From Candidatus Micrarchaeota archaeon (lineage in GTDB: Archaea; Micrarchaeota; Micrarchaeia; Norongarragalinales; SBBD01), in assembly GCA_041305345.1 (NCBI GenBank), contig JBFYLP010000005.1:109817-173816 (forward strand): a stretch of DNA of 64,000 bases. Direction: 5' to 3'. The translations under genes were made by a program, and so were the position numbers. The notes beneath the pieces are model-generated. The model was not told where the DNA came from. It ran no database searches and worked only from the letters and a program-made list of their open reading frames with translations. Of the stretch, positions 17,120 through 25,487 are shown in pieces; the first letter of the stretch is position 1; each line of letters opens with the position of its first letter.

Positions 17120-18163
17120 ATGGCGGAAGAATTCAAAAGCAAGGAAATATTGGAAAAGGCAACGGCAGCCTTCACGTTTCTAAAACTCCTGACAGAGTAC
17201 GGCCTTAAGCCTTTATTCAAAGGTGGAACATGCGCCCAGCTATTCCTGCCTTCAAAACAGCAAAGGCTTAGCGGCGATATTGATATTGCATATGGTAATG
17301 AGATCGAAGTTGAAACCGCCCTAAGTAAAACCGAGAAGGATTCCTACAAGATAAAGCGCTGGCCGGATAATCCCGATCCAAACCTCCCTTTCATCAGATA
17401 TACAATAACCGCCCCGAACAAAGCCGAATTTTACCTCGATCTTATCCTTAAAGAACCCAAATACAAAACCCAGCTAACGAAGCTTGAAACAACGTATTTT
17501 ATCTCTGCAATCAAAGTCAGGACGCCCACCCTTCACTCAATTATCGGGGATAAGCTTACTACTTTGGGACCCTCGACAGTAGGGAGGGCGTTAACCGAGA
17601 AAAAAGGAGCCATCGAATATGCGAAACAGGTATATGACCTTGCGCATCTTTTGCCCCTTGCTTCAGATCAGGAGGAAATTTACGATGCTTACGGGATGGT
17701 GGTTGAGGATCAAAAGATCTTCCGCCCAACCAAAGTAATTACCCTTGAAAATTCGATTGAGGATTTGCTTTACGTTGCAAGGATGCTAACGATGACCGGG
17801 CAGGATGTTGGGAAGTTGAAAGACAAAGAAATAGGTGGGCAAATCGCATATATCAAGAATGGCATCGATGGCTTGGGTAACTTTTTGAATTCCAGCATCA
17901 AATTTGGACCCAACGAGGCGAGGGTTGCAGGAGGCCAAATTGCGTTAATTGGCATGGCGCTTAAGAAATTATCGACGGGAGAGAATCCGGATTATTCGGG
18001 GCTTAGGAAAAAAGCGCTGAGTAAGCCCGATGATGAAAGTTTTCTTCAAGAAGCCTCAAAACGGCTCATAGAATTTGAACCACTAATCGAATGGAAGCGC
18101 CTGCAGGTTTTAACGCCTAGGTCCATTCCCTACTGGTATTTTGCTTATTTTGGAGAAAGCTGA
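17120..18163 (+). CDS. AbiEii-like nucleotidyltransferase toxin (type IV TA)
   Basis: LFKGGTCAQL...RLSGDIDI motif, IIGDKLT, KQVYDL. Confidence 0.85.
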   Translation: MAEEFKSKEILEKATAAFTFLKLLTEYGLKPLFKGGTCAQLFLPSKQQRLSGDIDIAYGNEIEVETALSKTEKDSYKIKRWPDNPDPNLPFIRYTITAPNKAEFYLDLILKEPKYKTQLTKLETTYFISAIKVRTPTLHSIIGDKLTTLGPSTVGRALTEKKGAIEYAKQVYDLAHLLPLASDQEEIYDAYGMVVEDQKIFRPTKVITLENSIEDLLYVARMLTMTGQDVGKLKDKEIGGQIAYIKNGIDGLGNFLNSSIKFGPNEARVAGGQIALIGMALKKLSTGENPDYSGLRKKALSKPDDESFLQEASKRLIEFEPLIEWKRLQVLTPRSIPYWYFAYFGES

Positions 18164-18351
18164 AATCTGAAACAGGCAACATGACCCTCCATGAATCCAA
18201 GTATTGCTCGATCTCTGCCCAGTAAACAAAGCACCCGAACTGACCCTACATTTCCTTTTTAAGCCCAAATTTAGTCCCTTATGAGTAACAAAAATTGAAA
18301 AATGGCGGATTTGGCGAATGATTTAAGCGACTTTTAACAGAGGCGGTTTGC

Positions 18352-18729
18352 ATGGGGACTTCAACTCTTTTTAAGAGATTTAATGATTTGAGCAGTAAAT
18401 TATCTAGTTTGTCAAAGGAGGAATTGAAGGAAATTGATGAGCTAAGCCCATATGGCGAGCAAAAAGAAAGGGTCCGGGGCTGGAGCGTTGAAATGGAACT
18501 TCATAACGGTAATTTCGAACCTTTGATTTGGTGGTACGGTCGACTTATGCGCCTTCGGGATGCGTCAAGGCTATTGGCGAAAAAGCATTACGATACATAT
18601 AGGGGAAAGCAAATGCAAATTTCAGAATGGAAACTAATGAAAGGTGTGCTGGAAAAAGAGTTGGAAAGATACGACAAGGAGTTCGAAAAGCAAAGGGCAA
18701 GAGAGTATCGGCAGAGGGGTAAAAAATGA
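18352..18729 (+). CDS. Hypothetical protein
   Basis: 125-aa ORF with ATGA overlap to the next gene. Confidence 0.55.
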   Translation: MGTSTLFKRFNDLSSKLSSLSKEELKEIDELSPYGEQKERVRGWSVEMELHNGNFEPLIWWYGRLMRLRDASRLLAKKHYDTYRGKQMQISEWKLMKGVLEKELERYDKEFEKQRAREYRQRGKK

Positions 18730-19139
18730 ACAACAAACTCACGCAAAAACTCTTCGAAAAATACCCTAAAATATTCCCAAAAAAGAATCGCGCACATAAG
18801 GAAAGCCTCATGAGCTACGGATTTGAATGCGGGGATGGCTGGTATTGGCTCATAGACAGCCTTTGCGACATCATCCAGAGATATTACAATGCCAACTCAA
18901 AGCGCCAGGGTTTCAAGCAGCCGGTAGCAGAGCAGGTGAAGGAGAAGTTTGGTGCTTTACGGTTTTACACCACGGATACTGATCCAGCCATACATTCAAT
19001 GATCGCTTTCGCGGAGGAACTAAGCGTTAGGATCTGCGAGGATTGCGGGGCAATAAGGGGAGGAAAAACCAAGCCGATTAATGGCTGGTACAAGGCGCTT
19101 TGCGAAAAATGTTACAAGAAAAAATCCAAAAGCAAGTGA
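18726..19139 (+). CDS. Phage/MGE-type conserved hypothetical protein with C-terminal CxxC...CxxC
   Basis: GFECGDGWYWLI...QVKEKFGALRFY...ICEDCG...LCEKC, a pattern I associate with phage-borne hypotheticals. Confidence 0.7.
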   Translation: MNNKLTQKLFEKYPKIFPKKNRAHKESLMSYGFECGDGWYWLIDSLCDIIQRYYNANSKRQGFKQPVAEQVKEKFGALRFYTTDTDPAIHSMIAFAEELSVRICEDCGAIRGGKTKPINGWYKALCEKCYKKKSKSK

Positions 19140-19344
19140 ATCGTTAACAAGCGGAATGACAGATGAAATCTGAGATAAACTGATCGAGGAAGCTGGAGAA
19201 CTGGAGGAAGCATTACTGCAAAAACCAGACAAGGAAGTTGTTTGGGAAGCTGCGGATCTGCTGGTCTTCACGCTGGTTGGGCTAGAGAATAGGGGGATTG
19301 ATCTAAAGGAAGTGATGGAGGAATTGAAAAAAAGAAGGCGATAG
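19138..19344 (+). pseudogene. hisE-like phosphoribosyl-ATP pyrophosphohydrolase (MazG-fold) remnant
   Basis: Frame reads ESLTSGMTDEI*DKLIEEAGELEEA...EVVWEAADLLVFTLVGLENRGIDLKEVMEELKKRRR*; in-frame TGA at 19171-19173. Confidence 0.7.
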
Positions 19345-19398
19345 GGTATTAATATTTGCCGCTAAAATAAAGTAAAACGTAAAAAACAGGTTGATTAA

Positions 19399-19719
19399 AT
19401 GAAACTTGGAATTGTAATAAGCACTGATGAAGTTGAAGCCGTCTGGAATGCTTTCCGGCTGGCTAATTTTTCCAGGGGAAAGGGCGACGAGGTCCGGGTT
19501 TTCCTTGTGGGCAAAGGTGTTGACTACGAGAAATTGAGCAATGAGAAGTTCGATGCTGTCTGCGAAGCGAAAAAGCTGCTTAATGCAGGGGGGATCATCA
19601 TGGCTTGCGGAAACTGCCTGAAAATTAGGCAAAAGGGCGGAAGTGACGTTTGCCCGATTTCAAGCCTCAAGGATCTTTATGATTTGGTGAATGAAAGCGA
19701 TAAGGTATTGTCGTTTTAG
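19399..19719 (+). CDS. DsrE/DsrF-like family protein
   Basis: WNAFRLANF...VFLVGKGV...ACGNCLKIR...CPISSLKDL. Confidence 0.85.
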   Translation: MKLGIVISTDEVEAVWNAFRLANFSRGKGDEVRVFLVGKGVDYEKLSNEKFDAVCEAKKLLNAGGIIMACGNCLKIRQKGGSDVCPISSLKDLYDLVNESDKVLSF

Positions 19720-19933
19720 AAGTTGTTGCCAACCAGCTACCAACCCGTAGCTATTCAGCAACACTTGAGAGTGGGGTTTACCAGGGCGCAGTGCTTGAGG
19801 CCCCAGTGCTCGGCCAAGGCGTCATTATTATTCCGGTCATTATTCGCAACCCAATTTACCTTACATTTTATTTCAAAATGTGTGCTAACTTTGCCACTAA
19901 TTTGTTTAGGCATACATTTCAACAGGCAAATGT

Positions 19934-20905
19934 GTGGTAAGATTAATTAAGCCCAAAATCCATATTATTACCATGAGGATAAGGAAAAAGGGCGTCAACG
20001 GCAACGGATACTACTACTTAGAGGAAACGATAAGACTGGAAAAGCCAAAAGTCTACTCCATATTCCTTGGAGCCAAACTACCCGAAAAGATCCAAATCGG
20101 GGGCTTTAAGCGAAAGTTGGTTGACAAGATTTACAATGACCTATTAGGGGAAAAGGAACGGATTTACCTAACAAAGGAGCAGCTGATCGAAGCTGAAAAG
20201 AGAAGGAGGAGGTATGCAGCCAAAGTAAAACTTCTCGGAAAAGCAAGGCAGGATGAAAAGGACGAAATGGATACAGTCAACTTCGTTTATACCACCCTTA
20301 CAACGGAAGGAGTCCCAATAACTAAGGAAGATGCGAATCTGGCCTATAGACTAACTCAGAAAAACATGAAAAACCTAAGGGATGAAAACCTTCGGGTCGC
20401 ATTGGACATGATCAAGGGAATCAGGTTCGTCAAGGAGAGCAAAACAGGTATTTTTAATGAATTTATCCTAAAATTGCACAATATCATCATGTCCCAATAT
20501 TCTGATAAGGGACCCGGCAGCATAAGAGATATTCCTGCTTATATCTATTTGAAAAGCTATGAAAAAGTTGAGGAAATCGGGTTTAGGCCAACTCCGCCGG
20601 AAATGATAAGGAAGAGACTTGAAGAACTGATTAAATGGTACAATGATAATGTCGGCAAAATGAATGCAATTGAATTTGCTAGTCTTTTTCACCTGCGCTT
20701 TTACACGATCCATCCATTCAAGGATGGGAATAAGAGGATGTCAAGGCTTTTGCTGAACAAAGCTTTCTTGGATTCGGGTTATCCGATGCTCAATATATCC
20801 AAGCAGTCGCAGGCATATTTTGATGCCCTGATCGGCTCAGTAGAAGGCAAGGATGAAAAGCCGTTTGTTGAGTTCGTTTATGGAAGGTTTATTTCGGATA
20901 TCTAA
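19934..20905 (+). CDS. Fic/Doc family protein
   Basis: HPFKDGNKRMSRLL motif; start may be ATG 19973. Confidence 0.9.
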   Translation: MVRLIKPKIHIITMRIRKKGVNGNGYYYLEETIRLEKPKVYSIFLGAKLPEKIQIGGFKRKLVDKIYNDLLGEKERIYLTKEQLIEAEKRRRRYAAKVKLLGKARQDEKDEMDTVNFVYTTLTTEGVPITKEDANLAYRLTQKNMKNLRDENLRVALDMIKGIRFVKESKTGIFNEFILKLHNIIMSQYSDKGPGSIRDIPAYIYLKSYEKVEEIGFRPTPPEMIRKRLEELIKWYNDNVGKMNAIEFASLFHLRFYTIHPFKDGNKRMSRLLLNKAFLDSGYPMLNISKQSQAYFDALIGSVEGKDEKPFVEFVYGRFISDI

Positions 20906-20950
20906 CGCCATTAGAATTCAAGCATTGCTTAACCTTGGCCAATGCGCCCA

Positions 20951-21649
20951 TCATCTAAGCGACTCCCAAAGCAGCTCCTCCCTCGCGTTTATTTCAAGCC
21001 CGCGGTCCGTGATCTCGAAGGGATGGACGGCCTTGTCGTTGTTCGTGCCCCTCATCTTGCGGACGAACATCGACCTGTGGGGCGGGAAGAAGTATAGCAT
21101 TATTACCCCATCCGTCAGGAACTCCTCGACGCCAAAGCGCGAGAGCTCATCCTTCTTGCCCGAGGTTTCGCACGTGAGAAGGGTCGTCACGTCCATCTTC
21201 CGAAGCTCCTCTATTAGCGAATACATTGCATACCGGATCTTATTAGTGTCCTCCAGCCAGAGGGAGAAAGCGGTCACCGAATCAATGACGAGCCGCTTCG
21301 CATTCATCTCCCTGGCCTTTTCCAGGATGCGTTTCGTCTGGCCCTCGATGTCGTCCTTCATCGAAAGCGATGGCTCGAATTTGTAGATTTTAAGCAGGTT
21401 TTCCTTCTCCAGGGGCAGCAAGTCCCACTTGAAGCGCTGCATGTTCCACCAAAGGTTGTGCGCGCCCTCCTCGAGGGTGATGTAAGCGCCGCGCTCCCCG
21501 TACTCCTTCGCGCCCTGGTAGAGGAACTGCATGCAAAAGATGCTCTTCCCGCAGCCCGGGCCGCCGGATACGAGGATGCTTGAGCTTTCGGGGAAGCCTC
21601 CTTCTATCAATTCATCCAGCCCCGGGATCCCTGATTTTATCCTGTTCAT
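20951..21649 (-). CDS. KaiC-like / RAD55 RecA-superfamily ATPase
   Basis: SGIPGLDELIEGG, GGPGCGKS Walker A, LVIDS Walker B, VRKMRGT. Confidence 0.92.
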   Translation of the reverse strand: MNRIKSGIPGLDELIEGGFPESSSILVSGGPGCGKSIFCMQFLYQGAKEYGERGAYITLEEGAHNLWWNMQRFKWDLLPLEKENLLKIYKFEPSLSMKDDIEGQTKRILEKAREMNAKRLVIDSVTAFSLWLEDTNKIRYAMYSLIEELRKMDVTTLLTCETSGKKDELSRFGVEEFLTDGVIMLYFFPPHRSMFVRKMRGTNNDKAVHPFEITDRGLEINAREELLWESLR

Positions 21650-21658
21650 CTGTGATCA

Positions 21659-22162
21659 TCAAAATTTGGGCTTGCGGATCCGAACCTTCAGGACCATCAA
21701 GACTGTTGCAATGAGCATTGCATAGGGCGCGAGGGGCCTTATGAAATAAAAGGTGCCAACGGTAAGCAGGGCCGCTGCAGGTATCGGAAGCCCCCAATAG
21801 AAGCCCTCCTCCTTCTGGAGATTGAAAGCAGCCAGCCTAAGTATACCTGCGCACACGTAGCAGATGGCAAAAACGAGGGTCAGGGAGGAATACGAAACTG
21901 AAACCACAATCGCCGCAGGTGCCACGCCGAATGAGACCACGTCCGAAAGCGAGTCGAGCTGCTTGCCAAAATCGTTGCTCTTCCTCGTCTCACGAGCGAC
22001 CTTTCCATCTAGGTAATCGAACGCGGCTGAAATCGCAATGAAGATGAATGCCGCAGCGGGGTTCGAGGAGAGCGCGTAATAGACCGCGAGGAATCCGGAG
22101 GCCGCGTTCGCAAGGGTCAGAAAGTCCTTTGCTTCGAGCATTTCAAGGGCGTCGTGGATCAT
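21659..22162 (-). CDS. CDP-alcohol phosphatidyltransferase (archaetidylserine synthase/PssA-like)
   Basis: DYLDGKVAR...FGKQLDSLSDVVSFGVAPA signature. Confidence 0.9.
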   Translation of the reverse strand: MIHDALEMLEAKDFLTLANAASGFLAVYYALSSNPAAAFIFIAISAAFDYLDGKVARETRKSNDFGKQLDSLSDVVSFGVAPAAIVVSVSYSSLTLVFAICYVCAGILRLAAFNLQKEEGFYWGLPIPAAALLTVGTFYFIRPLAPYAMLIATVLMVLKVRIRKPKF

Positions 22163-22292
22163 GTAAGGCTAACCCTTACTTGGTTAAAAAGACTTTTGGA
22201 TGCAAATGGCCGCACTTGCCGCTCACCTCCAATCGTTAAAAAGGCGACACGGCATAAATAAACCGGGCCTGCAGAAATGAAAGTTCTGCAAA

Positions 22293-22645
22293 GGGCTTGT
22301 AGGTGCGCCTGCTTGCAGCCGCATCAAAGAAGCTCAGCCTGGTCTAGAGCGCCAACGAACCTTTTTTTCCCGAAAGAAAAAAGCCCTCCATAAAAAAAGA
22401 AGGGGCTTTTTTGCGGTTTGGAAAATCAAAGGTTCGGCGTTCGTCTTATACGACGACGGAACACGTTTTCGTTCGACTAGGAGAACTGGATGTCCCGGGT
22501 TCAAATGACTTGCTTTGCCTTATAAAAAGGCAAAGTGGTGCACCGCAATGGTTTTTTTGCAAATCAAAGCCGTTCCTTGGCGCGCGGGGCAATCGCACCT
22601 TTCATTAAAAGGAAGGGGCAAGGCGTGAAAATCCCGGCAGGCCCA
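22293..22645 (+). tRNA. tRNA-Ile(UAU) with four introns (about 9/10, 29/30, 37/38, 59/60)
   Basis: Exons 22293-22301, 22332-22354, 22443-22450, 22484-22505 and 22632-22645 join to 76 nt: GGGCTTG TA GCTC AGCCTGGTCTA GAGC G CCAGT CT TAT AA ACTGG ATGTC CCGGG TTCAAAT CCCGG CAGGCCC A. BHB-like motifs at the junctions; the first junction is the weakest. Confidence 0.85.
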
Positions 22646-22730
22646 TCTGCTTCTTTTTTTGAAAGGATGCCCCACATCGAACAGCTAATCCTATTAAAAA
22701 ATCTTTTTACTCATTAATAGGGTGGTAAAA

Positions 22731-23867
22731 ATGGCGCTTGAAGGTGAGAAGATGAAATTGGTTGCAGCTGTGGTCGTGGTAATTGCAGTAATTGCATTGG
22801 TTTTCGCTTATGCCAATGGCAATAATGAGGCTCCCTCGGGAGCAGTCGGGCAGGCTTATGAGGCAGGGAACTCGACGCCGACCCCTACGCCAACAACTGG
22901 AAGCATTCAGGCATCAACCTACCCCCAAGGAGCGACGATACGCCTTGATGGATTGAAAAAGGGCATCACGCCAAGGACGATCACGGGCGTAAACCCGGGC
23001 ACGCACACGATTGAATTTGTGAAGACCCAGTACGTGACCCACTCCCAACCGGTGATCGTGACCAGCGGGCAGACAACCTATGTCAGCGTCAACCTCACCC
23101 ACGTAAACCAAACCGGGAAAATCTACGCAACATCCACACCCAGGAGGGCAAGGGTATATGTAGATGGCATTTCCAAGGGCCTAACCCCAATTACCATCCA
23201 ATACCTGATGCCTGGAATCCACTCCGTGAAATTCACCTATTCCGGCTATCCGGATTACCTAACGACCGCAACGGTTTATGCAATGCAGACAACAAACGTA
23301 TATGCGAACATGTCATCACCAAATCCAAGCCCTTCTCCCTCGCCTATTCCAAGCCCCTCTCCTTCTCCTAGCCCTTCGCCAACGCCAATTCCAAACAACT
23401 GCTCCGATACCGATGGCGGCTTCAACGTGAACCTTATGGGAACTGCTTACGGCTATCAAGGCGGGGCCCCATATTCCTACACGGATAACTGCCATTCAAC
23501 CAGCCTTCTGGACGAATACTACTGCGCGGGATCATCGCTATACAACACCACATACAACTGCAATGCAAACGGGACTGCAACTTGCATCAGCGGCAGGTGT
23601 GTGCCAAATCCAAGCCCTTCGCCAATACCTAGCCCATCGCCTTCCCCCATGCCAAACAGCTGCAATGACTCCGATGGAGGATTCTACCTGTTCACGCAAG
23701 GAACAGCCAGTGGCATCTTTGGCAACGCCCCATACTCCTACACCGACTTCTGCCCGGACAATGCCACGCTATTGGAGTATTATTGCGGGGGCACGCTCGC
23801 ATACAATTACACGACGAGCTGCATGGTGAACACGTCCACGGCCTGTATTGATGGAAGATGCGTCTGA
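22731..23867 (+). CDS. Secreted PEGA-domain protein with Ser/Pro linkers and two Cys-rich CxDxDGG modules
   Basis: N-terminal TM; two STP.GA.(I/V).(L/V)DG..KG.TP PEGA-like repeats; (SP)n tracts; CSDTDGG and CNDSDGG modules. Confidence 0.8.
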   Translation: MALEGEKMKLVAAVVVVIAVIALVFAYANGNNEAPSGAVGQAYEAGNSTPTPTPTTGSIQASTYPQGATIRLDGLKKGITPRTITGVNPGTHTIEFVKTQYVTHSQPVIVTSGQTTYVSVNLTHVNQTGKIYATSTPRRARVYVDGISKGLTPITIQYLMPGIHSVKFTYSGYPDYLTTATVYAMQTTNVYANMSSPNPSPSPSPIPSPSPSPSPSPTPIPNNCSDTDGGFNVNLMGTAYGYQGGAPYSYTDNCHSTSLLDEYYCAGSSLYNTTYNCNANGTATCISGRCVPNPSPSPIPSPSPSPMPNSCNDSDGGFYLFTQGTASGIFGNAPYSYTDFCPDNATLLEYYCGGTLAYNYTTSCMVNTSTACIDGRCV

Positions 23868-23953
23868 TTTTTTTCTTTTTTTCCTTTTTTTCTTTCCGCA
23901 CCCTAATTTGAAAAAGCTTAATAACGGGCCGAAATTAACCCGTATGAACCTAT

Positions 23954-24400
23954 ATGCCAGACTTCCTTACGGTAATGGTTTCCATTTTCGTTGCCGCAAT
24001 GCTAATTGGCGCTGGCTACTATGCTTACAAAACATATGGGATGCCGGACGTGGCAAAACTTGCAAATTCCTCCGCTTATGGAAATCCTTCACCTATTGTG
24101 ACAAAAAAATCCCTGCCAACAAGCACCATCCAGAATTATGTCACGCCAACGCGCTCCTTCTCTTCCCCAACGCCAAGGCCGCCTGCGGTCCAAAAAAGCT
24201 GCACCGATTCGGATTCGCATAACACCTCATCCAAAGGCTATGTTACGGGAGTTGCAGCAAGCGGGAGCTACAAGACGTGGGATTATTGCTTCGATTACCA
24301 CACGGTAATGGAGCAGTATTGCGACGAGAATTCCTCAAGGGAAATTGGCTACTCGTGCAAGTTCACCTCACAGACCTGCGCGGATGGGAGGTGCGCGTAA
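23954..24400 (+). CDS. Membrane-anchored protein with one Cys-rich CxDxD module
   Basis: N-terminal TM, S/T/P linker, CTDSD...KGYV...DYC...EQYC...C...CADGRC. Confidence 0.7.
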   Translation: MPDFLTVMVSIFVAAMLIGAGYYAYKTYGMPDVAKLANSSAYGNPSPIVTKKSLPTSTIQNYVTPTRSFSSPTPRPPAVQKSCTDSDSHNTSSKGYVTGVAASGSYKTWDYCFDYHTVMEQYCDENSSREIGYSCKFTSQTCADGRCA

Positions 24401-24462
24401 AATAGAACTTTTTTAAATCCCGCTAGCGTCCATATTCACAACCACTTTTGCAGGTGATCCGA

Positions 24463-24705
24463 ATGGGTTCAGACGAAAAGGCGTATTCTTCAAGGCATAT
24501 GTATCATCACGCGGCAAGTTCCGGAATGACCCAAAAACAGCAGGAGCAGTTGATGAAAGAAAGGGAGGAATTGAAAAAAAATGCAAAAAAAGCCTTCGGC
24601 GGGGGAAGTGAGGAGGGGCTTATACAACAAATGATGAATACGGGCATGTCCAGGGATGCGGCAAAGAGGGCCATCAAGGGCATACAGGACCATCACGAAC
24701 GCTAG
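24463..24705 (+). CDS. Small hypothetical protein
   Basis: AGGTGA SD before ATG 24463. Confidence 0.55.
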   Translation: MGSDEKAYSSRHMYHHAASSGMTQKQQEQLMKEREELKKNAKKAFGGGSEEGLIQQMMNTGMSRDAAKRAIKGIQDHHER

Positions 24706-24706
24706 T

Positions 24707-25438
24707 CTAATGGACCCGTTCCATCGAATATGAGCCGTAAGCTTCCCGGAATAGCCGCGAGGCAATTTCGGGCCTGAGCCGTTTGTTGAGCAGGGCAAGG
24801 ATTGCGGAGTTCCGGTGCGAGAGCGCATCGGGATTTCCTTTTTCCAGGGATGCCTTCAACTTTTCCATGCTTGGGATCGCTTCCTTGTGGTTTTTCAGCC
24901 AGAGCTCAAGGTAATCGTTGCTGCCGGGAAGAGTCAAAAACGAGGTGAGCCGGGCATATCTGTCAGGCAACCTGCTTGCACCGTGCTGGAGGCGTTTGGA
25001 GTAATCAAGGGCTTTCCTTTTAAGGACCGGCTCTAGCAACCACCCTAGTTTGCGGACACGGTTGCGATAAAGGTGGAAATTCTTCGGATTGATGAGCCAG
25101 GTTCGCTTGATCCAAATCCTTGTCATGGGCCCCAGCCTCGAATGCCTTCCTCCAAGAAGGGAAATTGCATCCACAAGGTCCCCTAGCATTTTCCGGGCAT
25201 CTCCGGATGGGTTGAAAAGATAACGTATCGTCAAATGGAATAAACCGCGGCCTCCCTTCTCCCGCAAGGCAGAAATCTGATAGCCGATGTGCGTCGCATC
25301 CCCCATTTTTTCCTCAAGCCTACGGAATTCGGGGGTTCCTGCCATTGGGGAATCGTGCGGTTCCCTTTGAGCGTGCAGGATTTTTCCGCCGGATATTAGG
25401 ATGCGGCCCGCACAGCGATAAGTCCGAATTTCTGCCAT
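24707..25438 (-). CDS. Basic hypothetical protein
   Basis: 243-aa ORF filling the gap; no recognised motif. Confidence 0.55.
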   Translation of the reverse strand: MAEIRTYRCAGRILISGGKILHAQREPHDSPMAGTPEFRRLEEKMGDATHIGYQISALREKGGRGLFHLTIRYLFNPSGDARKMLGDLVDAISLLGGRHSRLGPMTRIWIKRTWLINPKNFHLYRNRVRKLGWLLEPVLKRKALDYSKRLQHGASRLPDRYARLTSFLTLPGSNDYLELWLKNHKEAIPSMEKLKASLEKGNPDALSHRNSAILALLNKRLRPEIASRLFREAYGSYSMERVH

Positions 25439-25487
25439 AGGGTGTTTCAGCTGGAAAAATTAAAAAAATCATTGGGAGGAGGGGGCA

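Noticed and set aside
19171-19173. TGA recoding (alternative genetic code) in the hisE-like frame
   Set aside because: TGA terminates many intact genes here (e.g. AbiEii, Lon-like, purE), so this is a nonsense lesion
19783-20950. Short inverted similarity (gggcgca...ggccaagg) flanking the Fic gene
   Set aside because: Only 7-8-nt matches with different spacing; compatible with chance
22265-22292. GGGCCTG upstream of tRNA-Ile is perfectly complementary to the 3' acceptor strand, hinting at a fifth intron
   Set aside because: No register gave a correct BHB whose cleavage would restore the acceptor stem; treated as a leader hairpin
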